Assembly (NCBI GenBank): GCA_013215105.1
Contig: JABSPL010000199.1
Span: 1 to 64,000, forward strand
DNA from: Flavobacteriaceae bacterium
GTDB taxonomy: Bacteria; Bacteroidota; Bacteroidia; Flavobacteriales; Flavobacteriaceae
Length of the DNA: 64,000 nucleotides
Reading direction: 5' to 3'
Of the stretch, positions 1-10,377 are shown in pieces (the stretch's first letter is position 1; each line of letters opens with the position of its first letter). The notes beneath the pieces were generated by a model that was not told the origin of the DNA, ran no database searches, and saw only the letters and a program-made list of their open reading frames with translations. The position numbers and the translations under genes were made by a program.

Positions 1-409
1 TTGAATGCTTTCTGAAGATTGAATTTACTCTTAATAATATTTTTAGAATAAAATATTACGTAAGGAGATATAATATTTGGAATTATGCCGAAATCTAAAA
101 TTTAGATAAGTTAATTCTGTTAGTTTCTCAGCAAACCCTAATTATAAGGAAGCAACTAATATTATTATTTTTACCTCTACTTATGGCCAAGGCGATGCCC
201 CAAGTAATGCTAACGGTTTTGAGAAATTATTAGATAAAACAATACAATCAAATACTATAAATTATTCGATTCTTGGTTTTGGTTCATTAGCATATACTGA
301 CTTTTGTAAGTTTGCGATAGATATAGATAGTACTTTAAACCAACAAGAAGCATTTAAACAACAATTACCATTATATAAAATAAATAATCAGTCTTATGAG
401 GAATTTATA

Positions 410-1174
410 TTGTGGGCTGAAAACTGGGGTAAAGCTAATAATTTAAGCTTAAAAATAGAAAAGCCAATAAATATAACTAAATCACAAGCCGATTTTATAG
501 TTATAAACAAGAGTGAACTTAATATTGATGACACTTACACTATACGTTTACGCTCTATAAATAACAAAAGATTCGAATCAGGCGATTTGTTATCTTATAT
601 GCCAGAAGATGGTATAGAGCGTTTGTATTCTATAGCCAAATATGAGGGAGATGTATTATTAAGCATCAAAAAACACTCTTTAGGAGTTGTATCACAATAT
701 TTTTACACCCAAAATATACATGAAAATATAAAAGTAGGTATATATAAAAACACCGATTTCTATTTCCCTAATAAAGTTAAACAAGTATTAATGATTAGTA
801 ATGGTACTGGTATAGCTCCTTTTTTGGGAATGATAAATCAAGCTTCCAAAAAACAAGAAATACATTTGTTTTGGGGAGGTAGAACCAAAACGTCTTTTGA
901 AATTTATAAAACCTATCTACAAACCAATAATATTGAAAGTGTATTTTTTGCTTATTCTCAAGAATCAGAAAAACAATATATTCAGAACGTTTTAGAGTTA
1001 CAGAAACAGTTACTAATAAATGTACTTAAAACTAGGGGAGTCATAATGATTTGCGGTTCGGTAAAAATGCAAAATCAAGTATTAGATATTATAGAGAAAA
1101 CAAGTAAATCGGAACTTAATATGACATTAACTGATCTGAAAAACAACAATCAATTAAAAATGGACTGTTATTGA
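410..1174 (+). CDS. FAD/NAD(P)-binding oxidoreductase (flavodoxin-reductase / sulfite-reductase-flavoprotein-like C-terminal domain); reading frame stays open upstream to nt 110 and encodes a partial flavodoxin motif
   Basis: GTGIAPF NAD(P)-binding motif; in-frame upstream 'IIIFTSTYGQGDAP' flavodoxin motif at 170-202 but stop codons at 71-73 and 107-109 and no first flavodoxin motif. Confidence 0.5.
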   Translation: MWAENWGKANNLSLKIEKPINITKSQADFIVINKSELNIDDTYTIRLRSINNKRFESGDLLSYMPEDGIERLYSIAKYEGDVLLSIKKHSLGVVSQYFYTQNIHENIKVGIYKNTDFYFPNKVKQVLMISNGTGIAPFLGMINQASKKQEIHLFWGGRTKTSFEIYKTYLQTNNIESVFFAYSQESEKQYIQNVLELQKQLLINVLKTRGVIMICGSVKMQNQVLDIIEKTSKSELNMTLTDLKNNNQLKMDCY

Positions 1175-1623
1175 ATTATACGAAAAGACTTGTTGATAAA
1201 CTCTAAATATAATTAATATATCTCTGGATGTTAATTGTTACCGTATATTATGTCATGTATCTACGTTTATACAAGTATTTACAAGTCGATGAGTAATCGG
1301 TTATTATTAAACACTATTGATGTCCTATAAAAATATAAAAACCTCTGTCAAGCTAGTAGAATGGGTTAATAAATGACTTTTCTAAAAGTAAGTCCCCTTT
1401 TTATTAGTTATTAAATTTTGAACAATTCATTGGGGTTCGAGCCTGTTTTTAGTAAATATTTTCTTAAAAGATTTGATTTATCTAAAAACATAATCATTCA
1501 AAAAAGTAACCAGCAACACTGATGCAGAATAAGAGTTCACGCTCAAGGGCGGGGATTTATACGCTATGATTATTTCTGAAAAAATAGAAGTTCGGATCAT
1601 AGTCTTTATTATATATTAAAACC

Positions 1624-1658
1624 AAAAAGCAGGCTATATTAACAGCCTGCTTTTTGTC
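1624..1658. terminator. bidirectional rho-independent terminator hairpin (aaaaagcaggct...agcctgcttttt)
   Basis: perfect 9-bp stem flanked by A-run/T-run, just downstream of minus-strand gene ending 1688. Confidence 0.6.
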
Positions 1659-1687
1659 TTCATAACAAATTATTACACAAACAACAA

Positions 1688-3067
1688 CTATTTCTTAATA
1701 TAAGTTCCCTTATAGTCACCTTGTCTTAATTCCATTTTGTTTTGCTCTGGGAAGAATTCATAGTACATAGATTCTGCATAAACTTGCTCAAACTCAAAGT
1801 AATTACCTCCTCTATAAACCAAATTTTCTTTAAGATCTTCTTTCATTACTAGTATTAAGAACTTCTCATCACTAGTAAAAGTAATATTCCAAGCTTCTTC
1901 TCCTTCTTTTACTTCTTCCTCAATATAAACGCCTACATATTTTTTTAAGTCAGCCTCCGATATTTCAATCAATTCGTCATTAAAATAATATTCTAATGCC
2001 GTAGTCATTATTTCATTTTGGTTATTATCCATTCCGTTAGATAGTAATGAAATACTCAATTTATCTTTAGGAAAATATATAACTACCGATTTGAAACCAT
2101 CTATAGACCCTCTATGACCAAAACCTTCTCTCCCACTTATAGAAAACCTAAAAATACCCATTCCATGATTGTCACTAATTACAGTCATCATATCTAGACT
2201 CTTCTTCGAAATTATTTTTTTGGTAAACAATAAATGCATAAATTTATTTATCTCGCTAGGAGTAGAAACTATAGCAGCAGCTCCCATACCGTTAGATAAG
2301 TCTGCCTCAGCTTCCTTTACCCATTTATCATCTTTGTATTTATAAGAATAACTTTCGTTGTTGCTTATATCTGTTTTACCTCCATAATAAGTGTTTTTAA
2401 GCCCAAACGGTATAGATATCTTTTCATGTATCAATTCCTTTAAACTCATATTATACACATTTTCTAGTATTACAGATAACAATACATAATTAGAATTACT
2501 ATAAGCACCCTTGCTATTTGGCTCAAAATCACTTTCGTAAGTCGATATCATATCTACCAACTTTTCGGACGGTGTATATTCTGTATAATAAATTCTAAAA
2601 GCCTTATCACTAGTATAATTATATATTCCACTACTGTGATTAAGCAAGTTCCCTATAGTTATTTTACTTGCATTTTTTACTTTAGGAAAATAGCCGTCTA
2701 TAGTCTGTTCTATTTCCAATTTACCTTCTTCTATAGCTTTTAGAACCAATACAGCCGTAAATGTTTTAGAAATAGAACCAGTTCTATATTTAGTATTTAT
2801 ATCAGAAGCTTCCTTAGTTTCTATATCGTCAAAACCTATAGAGTTAGTATATATAGATTTCCCATCATATGCCAAAGCTATGCCTCCCATATATTTTCTG
2901 TTATCGCTATACATCGCCATCAAACTATCTAGCTTAGGTTCATCTAAACTATACTTGTTTATAACCTGTTTTACTTCTTCTCGATTTGCTTGTTTTGTTT
3001 TTTCTCCCCACGAGCAAGACGATAACATCATAATAATGGATAGAGATAATAATAATTGTTTTTTCAT
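1688..3067 (-). CDS. serine hydrolase, beta-lactamase/PBP family (PF00144-like) lipoprotein, paralog 1
   Basis: SxxK motif (SISK), YSN motif, lipobox LSSCSW; 459 aa. Confidence 0.8.
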   Translation of the reverse strand: MKKQLLLSLSIIMMLSSCSWGEKTKQANREEVKQVINKYSLDEPKLDSLMAMYSDNRKYMGGIALAYDGKSIYTNSIGFDDIETKEASDINTKYRTGSISKTFTAVLVLKAIEEGKLEIEQTIDGYFPKVKNASKITIGNLLNHSSGIYNYTSDKAFRIYYTEYTPSEKLVDMISTYESDFEPNSKGAYSNSNYVLLSVILENVYNMSLKELIHEKISIPFGLKNTYYGGKTDISNNESYSYKYKDDKWVKEAEADLSNGMGAAAIVSTPSEINKFMHLLFTKKIISKKSLDMMTVISDNHGMGIFRFSISGREGFGHRGSIDGFKSVVIYFPKDKLSISLLSNGMDNNQNEIMTTALEYYFNDELIEISEADLKKYVGVYIEEEVKEGEEAWNITFTSDEKFLILVMKEDLKENLVYRGGNYFEFEQVYAESMYYEFFPEQNKMELRQGDYKGTYIKK

Positions 3068-3137
3068 TTTATTAGTTTTTAAATTATAAATATTTATTTC
3101 TTTAATATTCGGACTCTACAAACTTATGATGTTATAG

Positions 3138-4529
3138 TTATTCTCTAAAAAAAACACCTTTACTATTACCTTGCGTATACTCTACTTTATTTAGTTCTGG
3201 AAAAAACCTATAATGTATAGCCTCTGCATAAATCTGTTCAAATACAAAGTAATTACCTCCTTTATAAACCAAATTTTCTTTAAACTCATCTCCTATAGCC
3301 AGTATTAAGAACTTCTCATCACTAATAAAAGTAAAATCACCAGGCTCTTCTCCTTCTTTTACTTTTTCTTTTGGTTCAAGATAAACACCTACATATTTTT
3401 TTAAATCAGCCTCTGATATCTCTATTAACTCATCGTTAAAATAGTAACCTAACGCAGTAGTCATTATCTCATTTTGGTTATTATCCGTTCCGTTAGATAG
3501 TAATGAAATACTCAACTTATCTTTTGGAAAATATATAACTACCGATTTGAAACCACTTAAATCCCCTCTATGACCAAAACCTTCTCTTCCACTTATAGAA
3601 AACCTAAAAATACCCATTCCATGAGTACCGCTAATCACAGTCATCATGTCTATACTCTTCTTAGAAATTATTTTCTCGCTAAACAATAAATGCATAAACT
3701 TATTTAAGTCGCTAGTAGTAGAAACTATAGCACCTGCACCCATAGCGTTAGACAGATCTCCCTCAGGTTCCTTTACCCATTTATTACCTCTGTATTTGTA
3801 AGAATTAGTTTCGTTGTTACTTAAATCTGTTTTACCTCCATAATAAGTGTTTTTAAGTCCAAACGGTATAGATATCTTTGCCTGTATCAATTCTTTTAAA
3901 CTCATATTATATACCTTTTCTAGAATTACAGATAATAACACATAATTAGAATTACTATAAGCCCCTCTGCTGTTTGGTTCAAAGTCACTTTCGTAAGTCG
4001 ATATCATATCTACCAACTTTTCAGACGGTGTATATTCTGTGTAATATGTTCTAAATGCTTTGTCGCTAGTGTAATTATATATCCCACTCCTGTGGTTAAG
4101 CAAGTTGCCGATGGTTATTTTACTTGCATTTTTCACTTTAGGGAAATAACCTTCTATAGTCTGTTCTATTTTTAATTTACCCTCTTCTATTGCTTTAAAA
4201 ACCAATACAGCTGTAAATGTTTTAGAAATAGAACCTATTCTATATTTAGTATTTATATCAGAAGTCTCCTTAGTTTCTATATCGTTAAAACCTATAGAGT
4301 TAGTATATATAGACTTTCCGTCGTGTGCCAAAGCTATTCCTCCCATATATTTTCCGTTATCACTATACACAGCAAGCAGACTATCTAGCTTAGGCTCGTC
4401 TAAACTATACTTGCTTATAATCTGTTTTACTTCTTCTTCGCCTTGTTTTGCTTGTTTTGTTTTTTCGCCCCATGAGCAAGACGATAACATTATAATAATG
4501 GATAACGATAATAATAATTGTTTTTTCAT
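3138..4529 (-). CDS. serine hydrolase, beta-lactamase/PBP family lipoprotein, paralog 2 (tandem duplicate)
   Basis: roughly 85% aa identity to adjacent ORF (estimated by eye); same SISK/YSN motifs and identical signal peptide. Confidence 0.8.
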   Translation of the reverse strand: MKKQLLLSLSIIIMLSSCSWGEKTKQAKQGEEEVKQIISKYSLDEPKLDSLLAVYSDNGKYMGGIALAHDGKSIYTNSIGFNDIETKETSDINTKYRIGSISKTFTAVLVFKAIEEGKLKIEQTIEGYFPKVKNASKITIGNLLNHRSGIYNYTSDKAFRTYYTEYTPSEKLVDMISTYESDFEPNSRGAYSNSNYVLLSVILEKVYNMSLKELIQAKISIPFGLKNTYYGGKTDLSNNETNSYKYRGNKWVKEPEGDLSNAMGAGAIVSTTSDLNKFMHLLFSEKIISKKSIDMMTVISGTHGMGIFRFSISGREGFGHRGDLSGFKSVVIYFPKDKLSISLLSNGTDNNQNEIMTTALGYYFNDELIEISEADLKKYVGVYLEPKEKVKEGEEPGDFTFISDEKFLILAIGDEFKENLVYKGGNYFVFEQIYAEAIHYRFFPELNKVEYTQGNSKGVFFRE

Positions 4530-4897
4530 TTAATTAGTTTTTATGGTTTAATAATATCCTCTACATATATTCACGGAGCAAATATAACACATAGTATTAT
4601 GTTATGCAAGGTAATATTTAATAAAAGGAACATTCCTATCTAATATACTTGTGTAACAATAATATACACATCCAAAAAAACAGTAATATTGTATTGTTAT
4701 GAAAATAAAAAGCTATAATAACACCTATTAAAGCGTATGAAGTTAGAGAATAATAATATATTGTTATTTTATTCTCTAACTTTACAATATAGTTTAAGAT
4801 GTGATGCTTATACTTAATAAAACTTACAAACATTAGGATTAATCATGTAAATAAACTAAACTAGCAATATTATGTAGTTAATTTAAAAACAATCATT

Positions 4898-5308
4898 ATG
4901 AGAAAAATAATCACAAGCTTAATACTTATTGTAATTATAGCTTCATGCTCTAAAAATGAATCAGTCGATATACCTAAACCTGTCGAACCTGAATTAGTAG
5001 GAGAATGGAAATTAACCGAAATTTTGGCTGACGCAGGAGACGGAAACGGAGTGTTTCAGCCTACAGAAAGCAATAAAACTATAAGATTTAAGGCTGATGG
5101 AACTATAGTATCTGATATATCTTTATGTAATCCTTATTCTGAAGAAATTATATATCATGCAACTTATGACCTTAGCACTAACAGTATAACTACAGGTTGC
5201 GAGAATACAAATATATCTTCTATATGGTTCGAAATATCTGGTGAGAATCTGATATTAAACTTCTTGTCAATTGAAGGTTATTCTCAGAAATTTGAGAAAA
5301 TAGAATAA
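4898..5308 (+). CDS. hypothetical lipoprotein
   Basis: signal peptide + lipobox IIASCSK; 136 aa; followed by hairpin terminator. Confidence 0.6.
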   Translation: MRKIITSLILIVIIASCSKNESVDIPKPVEPELVGEWKLTEILADAGDGNGVFQPTESNKTIRFKADGTIVSDISLCNPYSEEIIYHATYDLSTNSITTGCENTNISSIWFEISGENLILNFLSIEGYSQKFEKIE

Positions 5309-5349
5309 CCTATTTAGGTTATAAAGATAATGAATACAATATGAACTAA

Positions 5350-5396
5350 AACTCATCTCAGGACTGATACTATATGTCCTAAGATGAATTTTTAGT
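5350..5396 (+). terminator. rho-independent terminator
   Basis: hairpin catctcaggac...gtcctaagatg followed by TTTTT. Confidence 0.5.
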
Positions 5397-5625
5397 TTGT
5401 AAAAATGGAGCTATTGTCTTTAAAAGTGCAACTAAACTTTATATTAGAATAAAAGCTACATAACCTTTTGATTATATAGTACATTAATATTCTCATCGAC
5501 AACCCTAAAAGATATAATTTGTAACATATAAGAATCATTCATGATAATATAAATATTTAACATCAGTAGATGCTCTAATTTCATAAATTTATATAACTTT
5601 GAATTTCTATTTTAAAACTTAAACT

Positions 5626-6204
5626 ATGAATGAATTTTTTGAAGGAATGACTAATATAGAACAAACTTATTGGATAATTGCTCTAATAGGTTCTACTATT
5701 TTTCTGTTTATTTTCGTCCTAACATTCGTAGGAGTTGGTGATACCGATATGGAAATAGACATAGAACAAGTAAGTGGCGATGATGGAGGGGTAGGTTTTC
5801 AATTCTTTACATTCAAAAACTTAGTAGCTTTCTTGACCATATTTGGCTGGACCGGTATTATATGTATTGGAAATAATCTATCAGGCACAATGACTATCGT
5901 AGTTTCGTCTATAGCAGGTTTATTGATGATGACCGCTACTTCTTTTCTGTTTTTATGGATAAGTAGACTGTCACATTCGGGAACATTAAGAATAAAAAAT
6001 GCTATAGGAGTCATCGGAGAAGTTTATTTGCCTATTGGAGCTAATCGCTCTAAAATGGGGAAAATTCAGATTACCGTGCAAGGTAGTTTACGAGAATTAG
6101 AAGCTATAACCGACAATAACGAAGAACTAAAAACAAATTCTATCATCAAAGTAACAGATGTCATTAGTGGCGAATTGCTTCTGGTAGAAAAATTTTCAAA
6201 ATAA
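5626..6204 (+). CDS. NfeD-like membrane protein (partner of SPFH/flotillin)
   Basis: N-terminal TM helices + C-terminal OB-fold-like beta segment; immediately upstream of flotillin gene (18-bp gap). Confidence 0.65.
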   Translation: MNEFFEGMTNIEQTYWIIALIGSTIFLFIFVLTFVGVGDTDMEIDIEQVSGDDGGVGFQFFTFKNLVAFLTIFGWTGIICIGNNLSGTMTIVVSSIAGLLMMTATSFLFLWISRLSHSGTLRIKNAIGVIGEVYLPIGANRSKMGKIQITVQGSLRELEAITDNNEELKTNSIIKVTDVISGELLLVEKFSK

Positions 6205-6221
6205 AACAAAAACAAAATTTT

Positions 6222-7664
6222 ATGAACACCATTTTATTACCATTACAGATAAGTTCTACAGGAGCTACAGGAGTCTACTTGATAGTAGCAATACTTCTAA
6301 TATTTTTTGTATTTATCTTCTCTATGCTTAGAAGGTACAAACGATGTCCTTCAGACAAAATACTAGTTATTTACGGTAAAACTAGCGGGGAAGGATCGTC
6401 TAAATGTATACATGGTGGAGCTGCTTTCATCTGGCCTATAATTCAAGATTATTCTTTCTTAGACTTAACTCCTATTTCTATAGAAGTAAACTTGATAAAC
6501 GCTTTGAGTAAGCAAAATATTAGAGTTAACGTACCTTCTCGTTTTACTATTGGAGTATCTACAGAACCTAGCATAATGCGAAATGCTGCCGAGAGATTAT
6601 TAGGCTTAAGTATGGATATGATAGAAGAATTGGCACAAGAAATAATCTTCGGTCAATTACGTTTGGTAGTTGCTTCTATGGATATTGAAGAAATAAATAC
6701 AGACAGAGATCAGTTTCTATCTCATATAACCAATAGTGTTGAGGCTGAGTTAAAAAAAGTAGGGCTGAAATTGATAAACGTAAACATTACCGATATACAT
6801 GACGAGTCTGGATATATTCAGGCTTTAGGTAAAGAAGCAGCTGCTAAGGCGATAAACGACGCTATTATTTCTGTAGCTCAAAAAGATAGAGATGGTGCTA
6901 TTGGAGAGGCACAAGCCGTACAAGACCGAAGAACACAAGTTGCTGCTGCAAATGCAAAAGCTATAGATGGAGAAAATACCGCTAAGATAAAAGTAGCACA
7001 GTCTGATGCCGAAAGAAGATCGAGAGAAGCTGAGTCTGAAAGAATAGCTAATGCAGCCGAGAAAGTACAAGCTGCAAAGGCACTAGAAGAGTCTTATGCT
7101 GCAGAAAAAATAGCCGAAGACGCTAGAGCTAAACGTAAAGAAGCAGAGCAAGGAGCCGATATAATTGTACCTGCACAGATAGATAAGCAAAAAATAGAGA
7201 TAGATGCCGAAGCTGCTGCCGAAAAAATAAGAAGAATCGCTAGAGGAGAAGCAGATGCAATTTTCTTGAAAAAGGAAGCCGAAGCAAAAGGTATTTACGA
7301 AATATTAACTAAGCAGGCTGCTGGTTTTGAAAGAATAGTAAAAGCCGCTGATGGTAGCTCTAAAGACGCTGTACTACTATTAATTGCCGACAAACTACCT
7401 GAGCTAGTTAAGACTCAGGCTGAAGCAATAAAAAACATAAAAATAGATAAAATAACAGTTTGGGAGAATGGAGGAGGAAAAGATGGAAAAACATCTACTT
7501 CTAACTTTATCTCGGGAATGTATAAAGCGGTACCTCCTTTGCAAGAAATGTTCAATATGGCTGGTATGGAATTACCTGAATATTTAAAGGGAAAAGATGT
7601 GAAAACACCATCTACAAAGGGAACTGATAAAACAGATACTGAAACAGGTGAAAACGATAACTAA
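6222..7664 (+). CDS. flotillin / SPFH (band 7) domain protein with long E/A/K-rich coiled coil
   Basis: N-terminal TM helix, SPFH core, extended EA-rich repeats (AEAAAEKIRR...) typical of YqiK/FloT. Confidence 0.85.
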   Translation: MNTILLPLQISSTGATGVYLIVAILLIFFVFIFSMLRRYKRCPSDKILVIYGKTSGEGSSKCIHGGAAFIWPIIQDYSFLDLTPISIEVNLINALSKQNIRVNVPSRFTIGVSTEPSIMRNAAERLLGLSMDMIEELAQEIIFGQLRLVVASMDIEEINTDRDQFLSHITNSVEAELKKVGLKLINVNITDIHDESGYIQALGKEAAAKAINDAIISVAQKDRDGAIGEAQAVQDRRTQVAAANAKAIDGENTAKIKVAQSDAERRSREAESERIANAAEKVQAAKALEESYAAEKIAEDARAKRKEAEQGADIIVPAQIDKQKIEIDAEAAAEKIRRIARGEADAIFLKKEAEAKGIYEILTKQAAGFERIVKAADGSSKDAVLLLIADKLPELVKTQAEAIKNIKIDKITVWENGGGKDGKTSTSNFISGMYKAVPPLQEMFNMAGMELPEYLKGKDVKTPSTKGTDKTDTETGENDN

Positions 7665-7700
7665 TATATAGATAAGTTAGTCTATTCAAATTATTTTAAA

Positions 7701-7748
7701 CATCTTAGTAAAACCTTCTATTATTGGTTTTACTAAGATGTTTTTTTG
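7701..7748 (+). terminator. rho-independent terminator
   Basis: 15-bp perfect stem catcttagtaaaacc/ggttttactaagatg + T7. Confidence 0.75.
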
Positions 7749-7897
7749 TGTTTAGATATGACTTTTGACCTATAGAAATGAAAAAACGTAATAATAACTG
7801 TATCACTTACAGTACCTGAAAAATCACATCACTAATCACACACATATCCCATAAAACAATATTTAAAACAGGTATTTCATTCTATCGAAACCTAAAT

Positions 7898-8791
7898 CTA
7901 ATTAGTTAAATTCAATTCAATAGCCAACAAATTATATTTATTTCTATACCTTCTTAAAGCTGATTCATTATTTTTATGAGTTTTTTTCCATTTCCCTTGA
8001 CTGTATCTCCAACTGTTTTCAGATGTATCAGCAGGTACTAGTCCTATAGCCGGCTCATAAGAGACTCTTATATGCTTTTTCTTTGAACCCTCTGTAGTAT
8101 AGGTGCTTTCATGCCTGTTGGCCTCTATTATTAACCATTCTACAGATACAAAAAAACCTTTTTTAGGAAATTTTATATTCAATTTGGATATATCTATTTC
8201 GGTAGTTCTTTTTCCTTTCCTAGCTACTCCTATTATATTCCCATCATAAATATAACCCTCAGGCTCATCCCTATCATTTACATCATATAATCTTATATTA
8301 AATTTAGAATTCTTAACATCACTATTAGTTAGTAGTGTTATATTATTTATGAAAGGTGTGTTTTTGTAATCTTTTTTATAATTGAAAAACCTTGCAGTCA
8401 TCCAAGGTTTTGTTCCACAGCCAAAATAACTATTGATTTTAGATTTTTTGAATTTCCCAATTGTAAATTCTCTAGTTAATTTTCGGACTTTAATAACGAC
8501 TTCTTTTAGATCGGTAAGTTGTGGATATAACTGTACCAAATCATTAATTTGATCTGATTTTATTATCCTAGTTTTAAATCCTATCGCAGAAAAAACAATA
8601 TTTTTAGGTGTATAAACTTTCAATTCAAATTTCCCTTCTTCATCAGAAGTAGCTCCTATATCTTCATTTTCTACCCATATATTTACATAAGGTATTTTTT
8701 CTTTCGTTATGCTATCTATCACTACCGATTTTAGCTGACTAAAACCGAAACTATATATCAAAATAATTATTATAAATATACGTTTTTCCAT
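7898..8791 (-). CDS. secreted carboxypeptidase-regulatory-like (CarbopepD_reg) domain protein, hypothetical
   Basis: signal peptide; 'VVIDSITKEKIPYVNIWVENEDIGATSDEEGKFEL' beta-sandwich motif. Confidence 0.6.
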   Translation of the reverse strand: MEKRIFIIIILIYSFGFSQLKSVVIDSITKEKIPYVNIWVENEDIGATSDEEGKFELKVYTPKNIVFSAIGFKTRIIKSDQINDLVQLYPQLTDLKEVVIKVRKLTREFTIGKFKKSKINSYFGCGTKPWMTARFFNYKKDYKNTPFINNITLLTNSDVKNSKFNIRLYDVNDRDEPEGYIYDGNIIGVARKGKRTTEIDISKLNIKFPKKGFFVSVEWLIIEANRHESTYTTEGSKKKHIRVSYEPAIGLVPADTSENSWRYSQGKWKKTHKNNESALRRYRNKYNLLAIELNLTN

Positions 8792-8937
8792 ACTTTCAAT
8801 TTTAAATATATTAAGGTGTTATATTGTGTTTTTAAGGATTGTAATTTACCTTTATTACAGAATTCAACCTTTAAATACACTACAAACATAAATTACACTA
8901 TTCTTCTAAAGCTTTGTTATATTCAAATAATCATAAA

Positions 8938-9588
8938 TCACCTCCCCTTCTCCCAAATACTCTTAGCCTCAAAGCAATATTCCCCATCCTTCAAGCTTCC
9001 AAAACAAGATATCATCGCCTTAGCCAGAACACTCGTAGGAAGTGGTTTATTAGATTTTAATAAACCAATTTTATTAAACAAACTTATTGTTTTAACAAAC
9101 AAAACTTCAGCGGTTCTATCTGTGTCTTTCCTTAATAAAACTGAAGGCTTTAATATTATCAATTTCTTAAAATTAAGAGCTTTTACATCTTCTTCTAACT
9201 GTCCTTTCATTCGAGAATAAAAAAACTTAGAATCGGTAGACCCGTAAGCTGCAGACACCAACACATAGCTTGATATATTGTTTTCTTTAGCTATTTGAGC
9301 AAACTTATATTGGTAATCATAATCTACTTTCCATTGTTTCTTTTTACTTCCTGCAACCTTCAAAGTAGTCCCCAAACAAGAAAACAAAACATCTCCCTTG
9401 ACCAAATGTTTCCACTGCTCAGGCTTTTCGAAATCTATAATATGTGTATTAAGTTTTTTGTGATTTAAGTTTATATCTCGTCTCACAAAAACATCTACTC
9501 TAGTAAACTCTTCGTCTTTTAACAGTAATTCTAGTAATTCTTTACCCGTAGAGCCTGTTGCTCCTATTAATGATGCGTGTTTGTTCAT
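8938..9588 (-). CDS. NAD(P)H-binding oxidoreductase (atypical SDR, NmrA/YwnB-like)
   Basis: N-terminal GATGSTG Rossmann motif; 216 aa. Confidence 0.7.
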   Translation of the reverse strand: MNKHASLIGATGSTGKELLELLLKDEEFTRVDVFVRRDINLNHKKLNTHIIDFEKPEQWKHLVKGDVLFSCLGTTLKVAGSKKKQWKVDYDYQYKFAQIAKENNISSYVLVSAAYGSTDSKFFYSRMKGQLEEDVKALNFKKLIILKPSVLLRKDTDRTAEVLFVKTISLFNKIGLLKSNKPLPTSVLAKAMISCFGSLKDGEYCFEAKSIWEKGR

Positions 9589-9735
9589 TTTATAGTTTTA
9601 TTGTGTTTGTTGCTTTTAGAGTCATTAATACAACAAATCTAACTTATTTTTTTTTATATTTAGAACTCTAATATTGTTTTTCTCAGTACATTTACTGAAG
9701 AAGAATTAAAAAACATTATTTTAATAAACAAAACC

Positions 9736-10269
9736 ATGAATTCCATACAGCTAAAAAAAACATCTGACAATTATTTTCAAGAAGCTTGGAGCTTATACGA
9801 AGATGCTTTTCCTGTAGAAGAAAGAAGATCTATAGAAGCACAAGAAATCATTATGAATAATTCTAACTATCATTTTGACATTCTGACTGAAAATGATAGT
9901 TTCATAGGTTTTATACTTTGGTGGGAATTTGAAAACCACCGATATATAGATCATTTTGCAACACTAAAACAGCTAAGAAACAAGGGTTATGGCAAGTTAA
10001 TACTTGAAGAATTTATGAATAAAAATAAAAAGCCTATAATTTTGGAAGTGGAACTTCCTGACTCAGAGATAAACAAACGTAGAGTTAAGTTTTATCAGAG
10101 AATAGGGCTTATTCTGAACAATCATCATTACGAAGTACCTTCTTCCGAAAAAGGAGAGCTGCCTTTGGAATTACTATTGATGTCTTACCCTAATTCACTT
10201 TCAGCAAAAGATGTAGAATTGTTTATTGCAGATTGTCATCCTGCTGTTTTTGGACATGCGAAAAAATGA
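9736..10269 (+). CDS. GNAT family N-acetyltransferase
   Basis: R-x-x-G-x-G/A motif (LRNKGYGK) and fold length. Confidence 0.7.
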   Translation: MNSIQLKKTSDNYFQEAWSLYEDAFPVEERRSIEAQEIIMNNSNYHFDILTENDSFIGFILWWEFENHRYIDHFATLKQLRNKGYGKLILEEFMNKNKKPIILEVELPDSEINKRRVKFYQRIGLILNNHHYEVPSSEKGELPLELLLMSYPNSLSAKDVELFIADCHPAVFGHAKK

Positions 10270-10377
10270 TTACCCTTAAAAAACAACAATTAAAACTGAA
10301 ACATAAGTAATAAAATAAGTCTTTTTTTTAGTTTCCCATACCAACACCTCGAATATTTATCTATACAAGTAGTAGAA

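Noticed and set aside
1431-1450. tRNA-like T-arm sequence 'ggggttcgagcc'
   Set aside because: The flanking sequence cannot form acceptor or T stems (no complementary 3' strand, no CCA context). It is probably chance, or at most a tiny tRNA remnant.
2880-3089. Small plus-strand ORFs overlapping minus-strand genes (2880-3089, 8816-9220, 12003-12197, 13186-13580, 13768-14099, 15638-16078, 17740-17946, 19062-19416, 25563-25769, 26870-27214, 28466-28654, 30192-30404, 32616-32837, 33129-33464, 34994-35275, 35387-36263, 40528-40767, 42698-42898, 43397-43594, 45612-46034, 47130-47586, 51013-51195, 53715-53936, 54503-54775, 54966-55220, 59820-60043, 60908-61654)
   Set aside because: They are antisense to or nested within long, well-supported genes, and show no domain signal and biased composition.
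4636-4833. 65-aa minus-strand ORF in an intergenic region
   Set aside because: It is very hydrophobic and AT-driven, with no RBS or promoter context. It is likely spurious, although a small membrane peptide cannot be fully excluded.
6825-7070. Minus-strand 81-aa ORF inside the flotillin gene
   Set aside because: It is a low-complexity antisense frame of the EA-rich coiled-coil region.
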